A DNA stretch of 64,000 bases from Cycas panzhihuaensis (Eukaryota > Plantae > Cycadophyta), in the NCBI GenBank assembly GCA_023213395.1, contig CM041465.1:169701741-169765740 (forward strand). Direction: 5' to 3'. The notes beneath the pieces were generated by a model that saw only the letters and a program-made list of their open reading frames with translations, ran no database searches and was not told where the DNA came from. This document shows, piece by piece, positions 1-11,705 of this stretch (position 1 is its first letter; each line of letters opens with the position of its first letter). The translations under genes were made by a program, and so were the position numbers.

Positions 1-1561
1 AAGGCAGAAGAAATCTTCTAAGATTTTTGATAATTAAAAGACCAACAATATGATTGATAAAATAAGTGATGATTAATGTTATAGTAGTGGACATATTTAT
101 ATGTATATAATAGGGTTCTTTCATAAATAGTTGTAACCATATGATAAGACCCTTGATAATCATTGGTTAATTACTTCTTTAAGGTGGTTCATAACAAGAC
201 CCCCTTCCTGAAATGTTTCATCCTTGAAACATAACTGAGATAATGATTAGTATGATGTTGCCTCTTCCTATAAAAGGATATCATAATCATTTGATATATA
301 TCGTTGAATCATAATTATCAAAATTTTAAATAATAGTAAATACGAATATAAAGACAAACTTGAATAAGTTGACGTGATTATGTTCTAGTTAGAATTTTTT
401 GGTAGATGCGAACTACAAAAATGTTGAGAATTTTTGTATGGTTTTACCTACAAATTGAAGGTTACTACCAAGGAATCTTTTATTTGATTTTGATTTGAAC
501 CTATTAATATATATAGTTATCTTTTAGAGTATCAGATTCTATACTAATGCTTGAGATCTTCTTATATTTATTAGGATGTAAGATAATTATTACTATTACT
601 GGAAAATCCTTGGATATATATGATATAGTTATTTGATTCATATTATTTGGTCGAATAGGAGATGAAGTTGTTATTATCAGTATTAGTAACTTTTGTTAAG
701 ATTGACTAAAAGATGTTATTGCTACTAGTTGGTTCTTCTTCAATTGATGAAGGAATGTAGATATCATCACTGACATTAGTGACCATTTTGGTATATACTT
801 GATATCTTTTTATAAATAGATATATATTCTTTTGAAAATGATACTAACATTTTGCCCTTATTAACTATTAATGGTTTATCCTTATTTTTCTATTGTATAT
901 TATTTTCTTCTTCTTGCATCCTGAAATTATGTGTTGAGATTATGATTTGATTTGTAGGCCCTTTTTCATTCTATATTACATGATCATGTATTTCATTAAC
1001 TTTTAGTATAGATGTGTCATCCTTATCTACCTTGTTGACACATTTATCCATATGTCATTCATGTTTTTTAAATAAAATTTTTTGATGTAATTCTTGTAGT
1101 CTTCTTACTTACTCTAATTTTTTATCTAATATTAATAAGTAGGTATCATTGAGGTTTATTAATATTAGAGAAGATTCTTTATATTAATCTCTACTCTCTA
1201 TATCTAAAAGATTCTCATTCCTTTATGATTTTCTAAAAGTCTTTGCTTGTGTATGCCTGTTGGGTGAAAGTTTAATCCTTAGCCATTCCTTATTTATAAT
1301 AACCAACTTATTTGATGTAGGATATGAAGGGGGTTTGGAATTTAGAACCATAAGAGGTCCATGTAAACTAGTAGAATAATTATGTGAGACTTAATTGTGT
1401 ATTGATAATAGAGGTAGATAACTTCTTCTACCTAGAACATCCTTTGAACCGTTAGCCTTTGCCTGAAAAACCTCTAGTTCCCATTTTATTTTCTAGTTCC
1501 CATATGCCTAAACCTTCAAATAATATTAAAGCCAATGATGGTTGACTAGCTTTATTTCCAT

Positions 1562-2095
1562 TTATTTAGCAACTCTATACTTCTCCCTTTCATACTTGTA
1601 ACAAATGAGATGTATTACTTCACTCGTAATCAATGGCTTTATAAATTGTACTCCCATTATTTCAACCAATCTCATAATATCACAATCATCTTGACCTTGA
1701 TACCCTATTAAATAAATGCATAAGGCTTTACTCCTTAGAATGCCAATTATATCTCTTATAGGTCTATATAAAATCTTATTAGTATCTACAAGCATTCCCC
1801 TAGCCAAACTATCTGCAACCCAAAAGTGTGTAAGTAGCATCTTCTCATTCTTCCTAGACATAATAGAAATGGGATCATTATATGTAAGCTAGTAAATAAT
1901 GACATGAGTACAACTCATGTTATATTGTCCCATGTCTAATAACTTATTATACTCAAGCTCTATTTCATATTCATTCTTTCTAGTAGGGTTCAATCTTACC
2001 AATATAAATATTATTCCCTAGAATAAATTTTCTATTTTTTATCTTTGCCTTTAAATGCTTTCATTAATGTGTTTAGTATCAATAGTCAAATCCAT
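1562..2095 (-). pseudogene. Decayed ORF of A1: tentative 30K movement-protein-like domain followed by a degenerate CCHC zinc knuckle
   Basis: The frame of track ORF 1562-1861 extends upstream to an ATG at 2095 with 4 TAA/TAG stops in ~178 codons. It reads GIIFILVRLNP...MGQYNMSCTHVIIY*LTYNDPISI...LARGMLVDT...VEIMGVQFIKP. The end, CYKYEREKYRVAK*, has CX2CX4HX4C spacing if TAT derives from TGT/CAT. The product call is pattern-based inference. Confidence 0.45.
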
Positions 2096-3192
2096 CTTGT
2101 AATTTTTTAAATCCTCCTTGATTAGATTGGGTTTGCCTAACTTACTTACTATTAAGTTATGTTATGCATATATAAGCAACCTATATGATCTAAAATTAAT
2201 GTGCAATAATATTGATGTGAGTGAGAGAACTTAGGCAATTATATATATATATATATATATCTATATATATATTGTGTAAGGATATGTTTCAATGGATATG
2301 CTGGTATACATATAGTTTCATGTGTCTTAATATACTCACAAGTACATACACAATTGACTTGGATGGCAAGCAATTTGAAGACCGAATTTTTGAAAGGGGG
2401 TGACTATGACTACAATTTTTTTCCAATGTATCTTTTATCTACATAAGTTTCTTATCTTTAATATTTATCTCTAATTATTTTTATTATTTATAGTTTTTTC
2501 TTTATCAATATATATATTTTGTAGTCCTTGATATGACATTATTGTTAATTTATGACTTTAAGGTTAGTGGGTTTACTTTTGATTTTAATTTCCTAGGTAG
2601 TTAGAGAAAGTTTTAGTCTTGGTAAAAATATATAGGACATAGCCAGGGTGAGAAAAATATTTCCTTGTGGGGAGGAAGGTAGACACCCATAAAGTCAACT
2701 TTAGAAATTATTATATTAATATTGAAAACTTTTCTTGGAAGTTGTATGCATAAATATAAATACTTAATTCTTAATGCACATAAGTATAATTCAATAGCTT
2801 ATCATTTAATGTACTACCAGGCTCATTCTACTCTAATTATTGCTCATTACCTATATGAGTGTTATTAGATGAGGTTAAGCTATGATTAATTTATATACCT
2901 TCATGGTTAGTTACTATTTATATGGTATAACGATTGAATGGATATGGTAAGTCGATGTAGATATTTTTTAAACCTTTAATGGTTATGCAAGTTATTGTAG
3001 CAATGTATGTCTTCCACAAATGTGAAAGTAATTGATAATAATCGTTATTATATCACTTCAATGAGTAATATAGAAATTTAATATACCACTTCAATATGTA
3101 ATATAACAATTAAATATATCCTTCCATTATAGCAACTTGAATGGGGACTTAGTAATGGGCAGGTTTGTAATATTTGAAACTTATTAAAACAC

Positions 3193-6100
3193 TGATGGGG
3201 AGTAGAGCGGAGCAAACATACATCAATCCATTATTCAAAAAATTAATATAAGCTCCAAAATATTGGTGGTATTGATAAATACCTTTGGATAAAATGCCAC
3301 TTATTTATGGTTGGGAGGTTGGAAGGGAACCTACCATCTACCAACACTTTTAAAATTTAAAATACATACCTGACAGCTATTAGAGGTCGTTAGTAGCTAT
3401 TGACAGCTTATGAAGTACCAAGGTAACTTATGCATACATTTAATAAAAAATGAATATTATTGTTAACACTCTCCTCCATAATATTCATTATGTGTAACAC
3501 CAAGCTTCTCTTTGAATTTATGGAACCTGAACTTTAAAAAGACCTTAGGGAAGAGATCTACTACTTGTTCCTTTGTTTTGTAATAAACTAATTCTATGTC
3601 ACCATTATGTATTAATATTGTTGTAAGAGGCCTTTTCAAGAGTGTGAGACTCATGTAGTTCCTAAACTTGTCTTAGTAGGATAAAGTTGACTTGATTTGA
3701 ATAGGTAGATTTAGAGGATTTAGCTTCATTAGGGTCTTTGTCTTCCTCAACTTTTACCTTGTAGTAATCATCTACTTTGTTGGAGTCATTTAGGTCAATG
3801 GTACATATAACATTATCAAATACACCATTATTATCTTGTTCTAACATCTATCTTATAGATAACACATCATCAACATATCTACTTTCCTTTAATTCAATAG
3901 TTGTGGCTCCCCTATGAATCAATTCCAAAGTGTCCCATGCATTCTTTGATGTTGTTATTTCACTTATTTCTAAGAATATATGGTCATCAAATACATAAAA
4001 TATTAGCACTAATACTTCATTATCTTTCTTCATATTTTCTTTAAAGATTTATTCCTCTTTTAAGGTAGCATTATTACCTAAGTCATTGTAACCATCCTTC
4101 ACAAAATACTAAAGATTTTTAGTAACAAAAAATGATTTCATCAATTTACTCTAAAGTGAAAATTTAGTTCCATCAAATGTAAGTATAAGCATATCATCAA
4201 GATTTATTGTCATTATAAAAAAAAAACTTTAATACATAATCTAAATAAAATACACAACTTATTAATCAAATAAGATTCCTTTTAACATCAAATAAAAATA
4301 ACTTAAAAATGAAAATGAAATAAGTATTTTTTTAAATGAAATAAATATGGAACAAATAAACTTGCAAATTGATACCAATAAGGTTCATTCTTAATCAATA
4401 AATGAAAATAACTTGATAATAAAATGAAAGATATATCTCTTTAAATGAAATCAATATAAAATGGATGAACCTTTTTGAATGAAATATACATGAAATAAAC
4501 AAGCTTTTAAAGTGATACAAATAAGCCTTAAAATAATATGAAATGAAAAGGAAATGAAATAGCCTGCACTCTAGATGAAATTTTAAATGTAATAGAGAAG
4601 CCTTAATTGAACTCAAAATAAACTTTAATAATTAAGTATAAATGACCTTTAAATGAGTTAAAGAGAGCCTAATATAAGCTTTAAGATAAAATGAATAATC
4701 TAGCAATGATCTATGAGCTTTTAAGATGCACTAAATGTACTTTATATGATCCTTTAAAGTGCAAAAAGATAGCCTTAAATGCACTTTGAAATATGTTTTA
4801 AAATGAAGTAAATTAATCCTTAAATGAAAAAAACAGGCTCGATAATAAAATGAATGAACCAAAGAATAAATTTAAAATGAAATAGAGGTTTTAAACTAAA
4901 AGGATTTAGGGTTTAGAAGGCACTTATTTATGAAAAATGATGTCCAAATATCTTTTTCTCCTTCAAGAGGCTAAATTTCACTAAAAAACTATAAAAAATC
5001 AGATGTGAGGCTCTAAAAATGAAGTGAAATCAGTCAAAGATTGATTAGTATCTTAATAAAATATAAATATACTTGAATAAAATAATTAAATAGCTCAAAA
5101 TAGTGAGAAAAAGCTTAAACTTAGGTTAAACAGAAGGGATGACTTTAGAAACATTAAAATCTTACAAAATAGATTCAAATAATAATAAAAATAGCTTTAG
5201 TACATAGATCAATGAATTATCTTTCCAACAAATCCACTTATTTGAAAAATAGACTCCTAGGTCAAAAGTTATAGGGAAAATAGTGAGGTCACCTCCTTGT
5301 GACAAAAGAAACTAAATAGGGTGGGGGGGGGGGGGGGGGGGGGCGTGGGTTTAAGCCCCTTTAAATTAGAGCCCTTGGTCACTCGGAGGGCTCAAACGAC
5401 TAGCCTCTAGCCTATAAAGGGCTAGTAGACTTCAAAGTTTATGAAAAATAGCTTATTCCTTTAAAAACTAAAATAATAAAAAATAATTTAAAAATTTATA
5501 ATTCAGGCCCTAGAACATAGTGATATGGGGACTAATGTGACCGAAAGGTGGGGGCTAGGGGGATGGAATCCAAATTTTATATAATTAAATTAATTAAAAA
5601 AAAATAATATAACTTTTGATTAAATAAAAATATACTAAAATAATAAAAAAATGACATATTCAGTTTGCATAAATCTATGCGTGTAGGGGAACTTTGTGGA
5701 GCTTAATCCACTCACAAAGACCATGCATCACTACAAAATTTTAGAGGAGGCTAGATCTACTACTTGGCTAGATGCCTATCATGTTTCATCGAGAATAGAG
5801 GACCACAAACTGAGAATGAAGCAATATAAGTCAGGGAGGTCGAGGAGGGCACATAGAACTCAAATGATTGATTTAATTGATAAAAAAGGGCACCAAATTT
5901 TTCTAAAGATTATACTATCTTAGGTATAGGGGTTGGGTGCCTAGTTTTGTAAAGAAATTTGAGGAAAAATAATGAGAAATGAGTTTAAAAAAAAGAGAAA
6001 ATATGGACGAGCAGTAAGTTTTTCACAAATTTGCAAAGTGACTTTTCTTATGGCTAAGAGTTCTCCTCAACCAAGTGATGAAATGGCTTGTCGTCTTCTC

Positions 6101-6810
6101 TATTATAAATTAGATTTAAAAAGGAATGTAATGACTAGTCATATGTCATAGTTTTAATCATCTATTTGTGTATAACAATCTATTAAAATTCAAGTGAAAC
6201 AACTTAACTTGAAATTAAAAAAATAATAAAAAAATAATAAAATTCTTTGAAAAGAATTGGCAGATATGCTCCAAATCATGATAGGGTTGAGTATAACTAA
6301 GAATCCTATAAAAAATAGTTAGTTTATAAATCATAGGAGCAACCAAAGTTCATATGGAAAACAGAGGTGTGTCAGATTAAAAAAAGATGCAGAGCAATAT
6401 ATTTTAATAAAATTAAATCCAAAACTATATAGACAACCTTAGTTTATTAAGTAGTATTGATTGTATTCACATATTCAGGTCCCAAACCTCACTCATGTGA
6501 TCACTTTAATACCAAATAAGATCTAGGGAGTAGATCAGAGCAAACATATATCAATCCATTATTCAAAAAATTGACATAATCTCCAAAACATTGGTGGTGT
6601 TGATAAACACTTTTGGGCAAAATGTCACTTATTTATGATTGGGAGGTTAGGAGGGAATCCACCATCCACTAACACTTTTGAAATTTAAAATAATAATTTA
6701 AAATATATATCTGATGGCTATTGGAGGTTGTTGGTAGCTATTGATAGCTTGTGAAGTCCCAAGGTAACTTATGTATACCTTTAATAAAATAATGAACATT
6801 ATTGCTAATA
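3193..6810 (-). mobile_element. Element B: internally deleted non-autonomous Ty1/Copia; LTRs ~3193-3468 and ~6517-6810
   Basis: LTR pair (GAGCAAACATA.ATCAATCCATTATTCAAAAAATT...). Degenerate rc PBS CTTTAATACCA at 6504-6514. PPT at 3469-3480. Gag N-terminal remnant at ~3850-4210 (KKDNEVLVLIF...SKNAWDTLE) lies almost directly against the RNase H C-terminus (IELVYYKTKEQVVDLFPK...KLGV, 3463-3654). Confidence 0.85.
5323..5343 (+). repeat. Poly-G run (21 nt) in the leader of element B
   Basis: Read directly from the sequence. Confidence 0.9.
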
Positions 6811-9800
6811 CATATATGACTTAGTGTTACTTATAAATATAGTAGGCCTATAGATGTTTGGTTGCCACATAGAGTATGTCTATGTGGTTGGATGACAATC
6901 TAGAAATTATCTAAAAATATCATACAAAGATGCATTTATACTTCCTTTGGTGATCATAATAAGATAAGCTTGGTAAATCTAAGTTTGGCTCTGTAATGAC
7001 CTACGTACATATATATATATAACTAACTCCAAAATAAGTTTACGCATGCTATAGGTTGACATCTATGTAATGATAGCCCATGCTTTATAGACGATATTAT
7101 TTATAAGTATTAACAAATATTATGTTCTACTAATGATATCTTAATCCTCTTTTGAACTACGATGGCTAATACGTAACATGATCCTCTATTATACTTGGTG
7201 ATTAACAACACAAAATGATAGCTAGTAAATGGCTAGAGCCTTTGATATTCTTGGTGATCGATAGTTATACACCTACACAAATAGAATCCACTAGCATTGT
7301 TTAGCATACATAATAAGATAATGCTTATTAAATAGACATCTAAGATGATGTGTGGTGAAGATAGGGCTTGTAATTAAATAAGAGCCAATTGTGGATCCAA
7401 GATAATAATTGTAGTTATAGTTATACTAGTGGATTATTTTTCTCATCATAATATATATTCATAATCTCTAGATTTATATCTCCTTCTAAAGGTGGATATA
7501 GTAAATAATATTCATTATCTTTTGATCTATAACTTCATAAAACATTGCATCTCAACTAATATATGTGCACCTTCCTCACCTACAAAACTTGCATCATTCC
7601 AGTATATAACGAATATCATGCAAATAAATATCACTGAATCTCTCTCAAATATCTTTCCATAAGGGGTTCAATAGCATGTAGAGGACATGGGGGAAAGGAT
7701 GATAATGGAAATGATATAAGATATAATAATATTAGGTGTATGAGATGTAAGAAGGAGATATAAATATATAACGAGGGAGTATAATGGGTGAAACAAGGAT
7801 GAAAAAGTAGGATTTAGAGAATTGTAGAAGATGCAGATAGAGAGATAAATACAAATAATAATTTGGGGATGAAAGATGGAAGTTCGAAAATCCTAATAGA
7901 GATGGAGGCATCGTAAGGTTGGAAAGGGGGCACAACAATAAAAATGATGATAGATATACAAGGGAAATGATATACATAGGTAAGGTGGTTGTTGAAAAGG
8001 CTTTCTCTGATACCACTTATTACAGACCTACTCCATAACTTGGAGAATTCACTAGATTATTATGAAGGCATAGAAAATCTTTTAAGAGTTTTAATAGTCA
8101 AAAGACCAATAAATTACTTAATAAAATAATTAATGATCAATGTTATAGTAGAGGGCATATACATATGTATATAATAGGGTTCTTTCATAAATGGGTATAA
8201 CCATTCAATGAGACCATTGATAATCATTGGTCAGTTACTTTTTAAAGATGGTTTGTAGTAAAATGAGTATTTAGTGAAGGTTTATGATTATAGAGCATCC
8301 ATCACAGTGAAAGATTACTCATAAGGATGCTTACAACTTTTATAACATACTAAGTTGTCTTCTTATCTATCTTATGGTAAAACATATTTCTATAATAAAA
8401 GGTTTATGCTTATTCTATAGTCTATAAATAATAAAACATGGTAAAAGACTATACACAATGATATATAATAAAAATTCCATACACACAAAAATGTTTAACC
8501 ATAGAGAAATTTGATCTATAATGAAAATCATCGAAATAGTAAAGTGCTTATCTAAATATCTATCCAAATTTGAAAGTTTACGTATGAAGGTAAGTGTGGG
8601 AGGAGAGGAATATGTGAAAGTAGAGTACTAGTGGTTGGATAGGCTAGTGCAACCACTAATCCTCCATTATAACCTTATGTAGGCATGCATATCAAAGGTG
8701 TGATATGATTTGCTAGCATGGTATATATAATACTAAGCAACTTTTTTTATTGTCCCTGTGTGAGGTGACCCTAGATTATCACACTCATATACAAGAGGCC
8801 AATATTAGTAAAGACCAAAATTACCTAAAGATATAATTGATTATGATATTAAATAATGATATAAGGTTACATTTGGCATACACACATACACACACACACA
8901 CATGCATATATAGGGTTGTGACTTATGAAATAAATAGTCACCTCCTTTTATAAATAGTCATGAATGCCTAATTACCTATTAATAAGGTCCACTACAAGAA
9001 CTCCCCTCTTGAAAGGCTTCATCTGTGAGGGCTACTTGAATAGAATAGACCCTGTACAAGTAGCATCATATCATAGAAATCTTTTAAGTTTGCATGTCAA
9101 TATGAACTATAAAAAAGGTGTTTAACATCTAATACAAGAGATGTATTTTATAAGTTCTCAATCAATCATTTAGTAACCATGGTATCATTGACCATTGCCT
9201 TCAAATTTGATGTGACCTTTAGTTTTATGGGAATATTATAATATATTCACCTACTTTCTAGAGAGTTATTAAGACTTCCTAAGAAATTTCCCATTCAAAA
9301 TTATAATGATATAATTGGAAGGAGTTGATATAAAATGATGTTTGAATGGTTAAGGAAGGAATTAGCTAATAAAAATTAAAGATACAAGTTTTAATTTTAC
9401 AAGATTTTTGTTGACTTCCAAATATGCTCTAAATGTGAAATGTAAATATGTTCAATGTAATTCCTTTAAATTTGAGAGAGATAAAAGTGATATTAGCACT
9501 AATTTTAGGAAAAGAAAGTCTTGGAAATATGGTGGTTAGGTAGTCTTAGGAAAATAATATTTTCTCATATGACTTTTTGCCTATGTTACTATCTTTATTT
9601 GACTTTTTTGGTCCCTTGTCATTTGTTTCAAAACTTGATTCCCTATTATTGGTAAGTATATAATGGTTACAACCATGTTATTTATTGTAAGTGTTAGGAG
9701 TTTATTCTTATTAGGTTGTTTATTTTGTGATGGAAGGGCTTGATTAGGCATTTTTATACTAAATTCTTATTTGTTATTAATATTTTGTGGACTTACAGTA

Positions 9801-10363
9801 ATGCCCTTAGATTTGACATGGAGAGTAGGACTAAACTACTTTCAAATTCTCTAGTTATTATCTTCATCTATATTTAAAGGTAGTTTTTGCTAAACCTCCA
9901 ATTGTTATCCATATTTGCACATGAAGATGGCTGACTAGGCTAATACCTATTTTTATATTATTTTCTAAATGGACATTTTATAGATATAAAGGATGTAGTG
10001 GTAATTTCTGAGTTATCTAACTTTGAACAATTATCTTGTTATCATTAGTATTTAATTCCTTTATTTGGATATTTATAACCTAATTTCCTATTATTGTATA
10101 TATTTGATTGCCTTGTTCTTATAGGCTTTTTTATAGTCTATGATCACATTCTTGATTATCTATCATATTCATATTATTTCCTTTATAGTGATACTTTTTT
10201 TAGTTAAGTTTTCTTGATATGTAGTTTGTTGAGTGTTTGTTAATTATTATTCCCTTCTAATTGCTCTTTCTTCTAATGTTAAAAGGAGTGTGTCATTAAG
10301 GTTAATTAACTTCTAAAGATATTATAGTTTTGATTGATAATTGATTATTACTTAGTGAAGAAA

Positions 10364-10732
10364 TTATTCAACATCTTCATCTTCAGGTGATGTATTTAAA
10401 TCTTCTTGGGAATTTTCTTTCGCACCTACTATCTCCCAATTAATAATAAAACTAATGAAGGAGTATTGTTCTTAACATTGCATTATTATGACTCTATGTA
10501 TCTCATAAGTAGCTAGAATCTTGTTTTCATAACTTCCATAATTTAATAGGCCATATTAAAAATTACCTACTTGGTTATAAAAAGGATATTTTTTGTAGAT
10601 ATGAATATATTATTGAAAACTTATTTGGTCATGAAAATACCATTATTTTTTATGGTATTTGTCCTAATATTTATGAATTTGTTCTTCTTCTTTCCTTTTA
10701 TATTTGATACGATAAGTGTTTTTTATATGCAT
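10364..10732 (-). pseudogene. Decayed ORF of A2: tentative 30K movement-protein-like domain (BC1/rhabdovirus P3-like pattern)
   Basis: One frame reads MHIKNTYRIKYKR...WYFHDQISFQ*YIHIYKKYPFYNQVGNF*YGLLNYGSYENKILATYEIHRVIIMQC*EQYSFISFIINWEI...EDEDVE*, with 5 internal stops, all TAA/TAG. The product call is inference from motif spacing. Confidence 0.4.
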
Positions 10733-11705
10733 TCTTGATTTTATAAATTACACACACAGGCACACATATACAAATAGATAGATATGTAATTTTCTTATCA
10801 TTTGTGTTAGAATAATGCCTATATTGGTGCTTGTGTCCACCTTAGGGAGATTACCCATATTGAGAAGATGACCTAGATTAGTGGAGATACTTTGGGAGTA
10901 GCATGTGAGGCATTTTTCAATGCTAGTTGATAATGGATTTTGAGAGGTATGCCAAATCCCTCTTAATCTCATCTATTTATTGAGAGGGTTCAGTGACCCT
11001 AGTGTTCATCAATACCACCATCCTCATGGACTGATGGTTCTCCCTTTCTTGCATTTCATTATGCTCCCTTTGTTCCCTGATTTTATCATTTGGTATCAAA
11101 GCCACCTTCTCTATTTAAAGATCCATCATTTAGGTGTATAGAGCTGTATTTGGATAAGCCATCTATAGAGGAGTTTGTCACACACACTGCTATTATATTT
11201 ATTTTATCATTTAATGTTTTGCTCATTCTTATAAGTCTACTTTAAAAACTAGAAACTTAAATTTTCAGTTATTATATTTATCCATATTTTAAAGTGTTGG
11301 GTTATATCCTTGAATCTAATGTACATTTTTCTTGTGTGATTTGAATTTCTTTAGCATTGGGTCTTCTTCTAATAAACACTTTCTTGAGAGCTCCTATTCA
11401 ATATGGACTCCTCATCATTGTAAATAAAGGGAGACTAAATCCCCACCAAAGTAAAGGCATTGAGCACCCAGGCAATAAGCCGCAATTAATCCTATACTCC
11501 ACATGTTTCTCAACTCATTATTCTTCAGTATCTAAATGAATAGAGGTATGTTCTTTATTGTGTTTGCATTCCATTTATTTAACTCCATTGGCATCTTATG
11601 ATTGCTTATGTCTACTCCATTCTAAAATAATGTTGTAGTTGCATCTTTGTATTTGGAGTGATCTTAACATATTCATAGAATATTCTCCATTTGGGCATAG
11701 TACCA

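Larger units (their letters stand above)
1..8260 (-). mobile_element. Element A1: pol-less Ty3/Gypsy (chromovirus-type) LTR element; 3' LTR <1-196, 5' LTR ~8018-8260; contains element B
   Basis: 1-196 aligns with ~8065-8260 (e.g. ATATGTATATAATAGGGTTCTTTCATAAAT in both). Reverse-complement PBS CTCTGATACCA at 8005-8015. PPT at 197-209 (rc AGGAAGGGGGTCT). Chromovirus-like tail 'LCFKDETFQEGG' next to the PPT. No RT or integrase core recognised. Confidence 0.85.

Noticed and set aside
8261-8760. Segment between A1 and A2 as the 5' end of the LINE at 47.7 kb
   Set aside because: Plausible from the nesting, but there is no motif support and no matching TSD around A2 (CTGTG vs CTAGC).
11695-11705. 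TACCA before the left LTR of D as a second PBS (tandem three-LTR element)
   Set aside because: Only 5 bp match, and the upstream sequence does not align with the D leader at 16450-16520.
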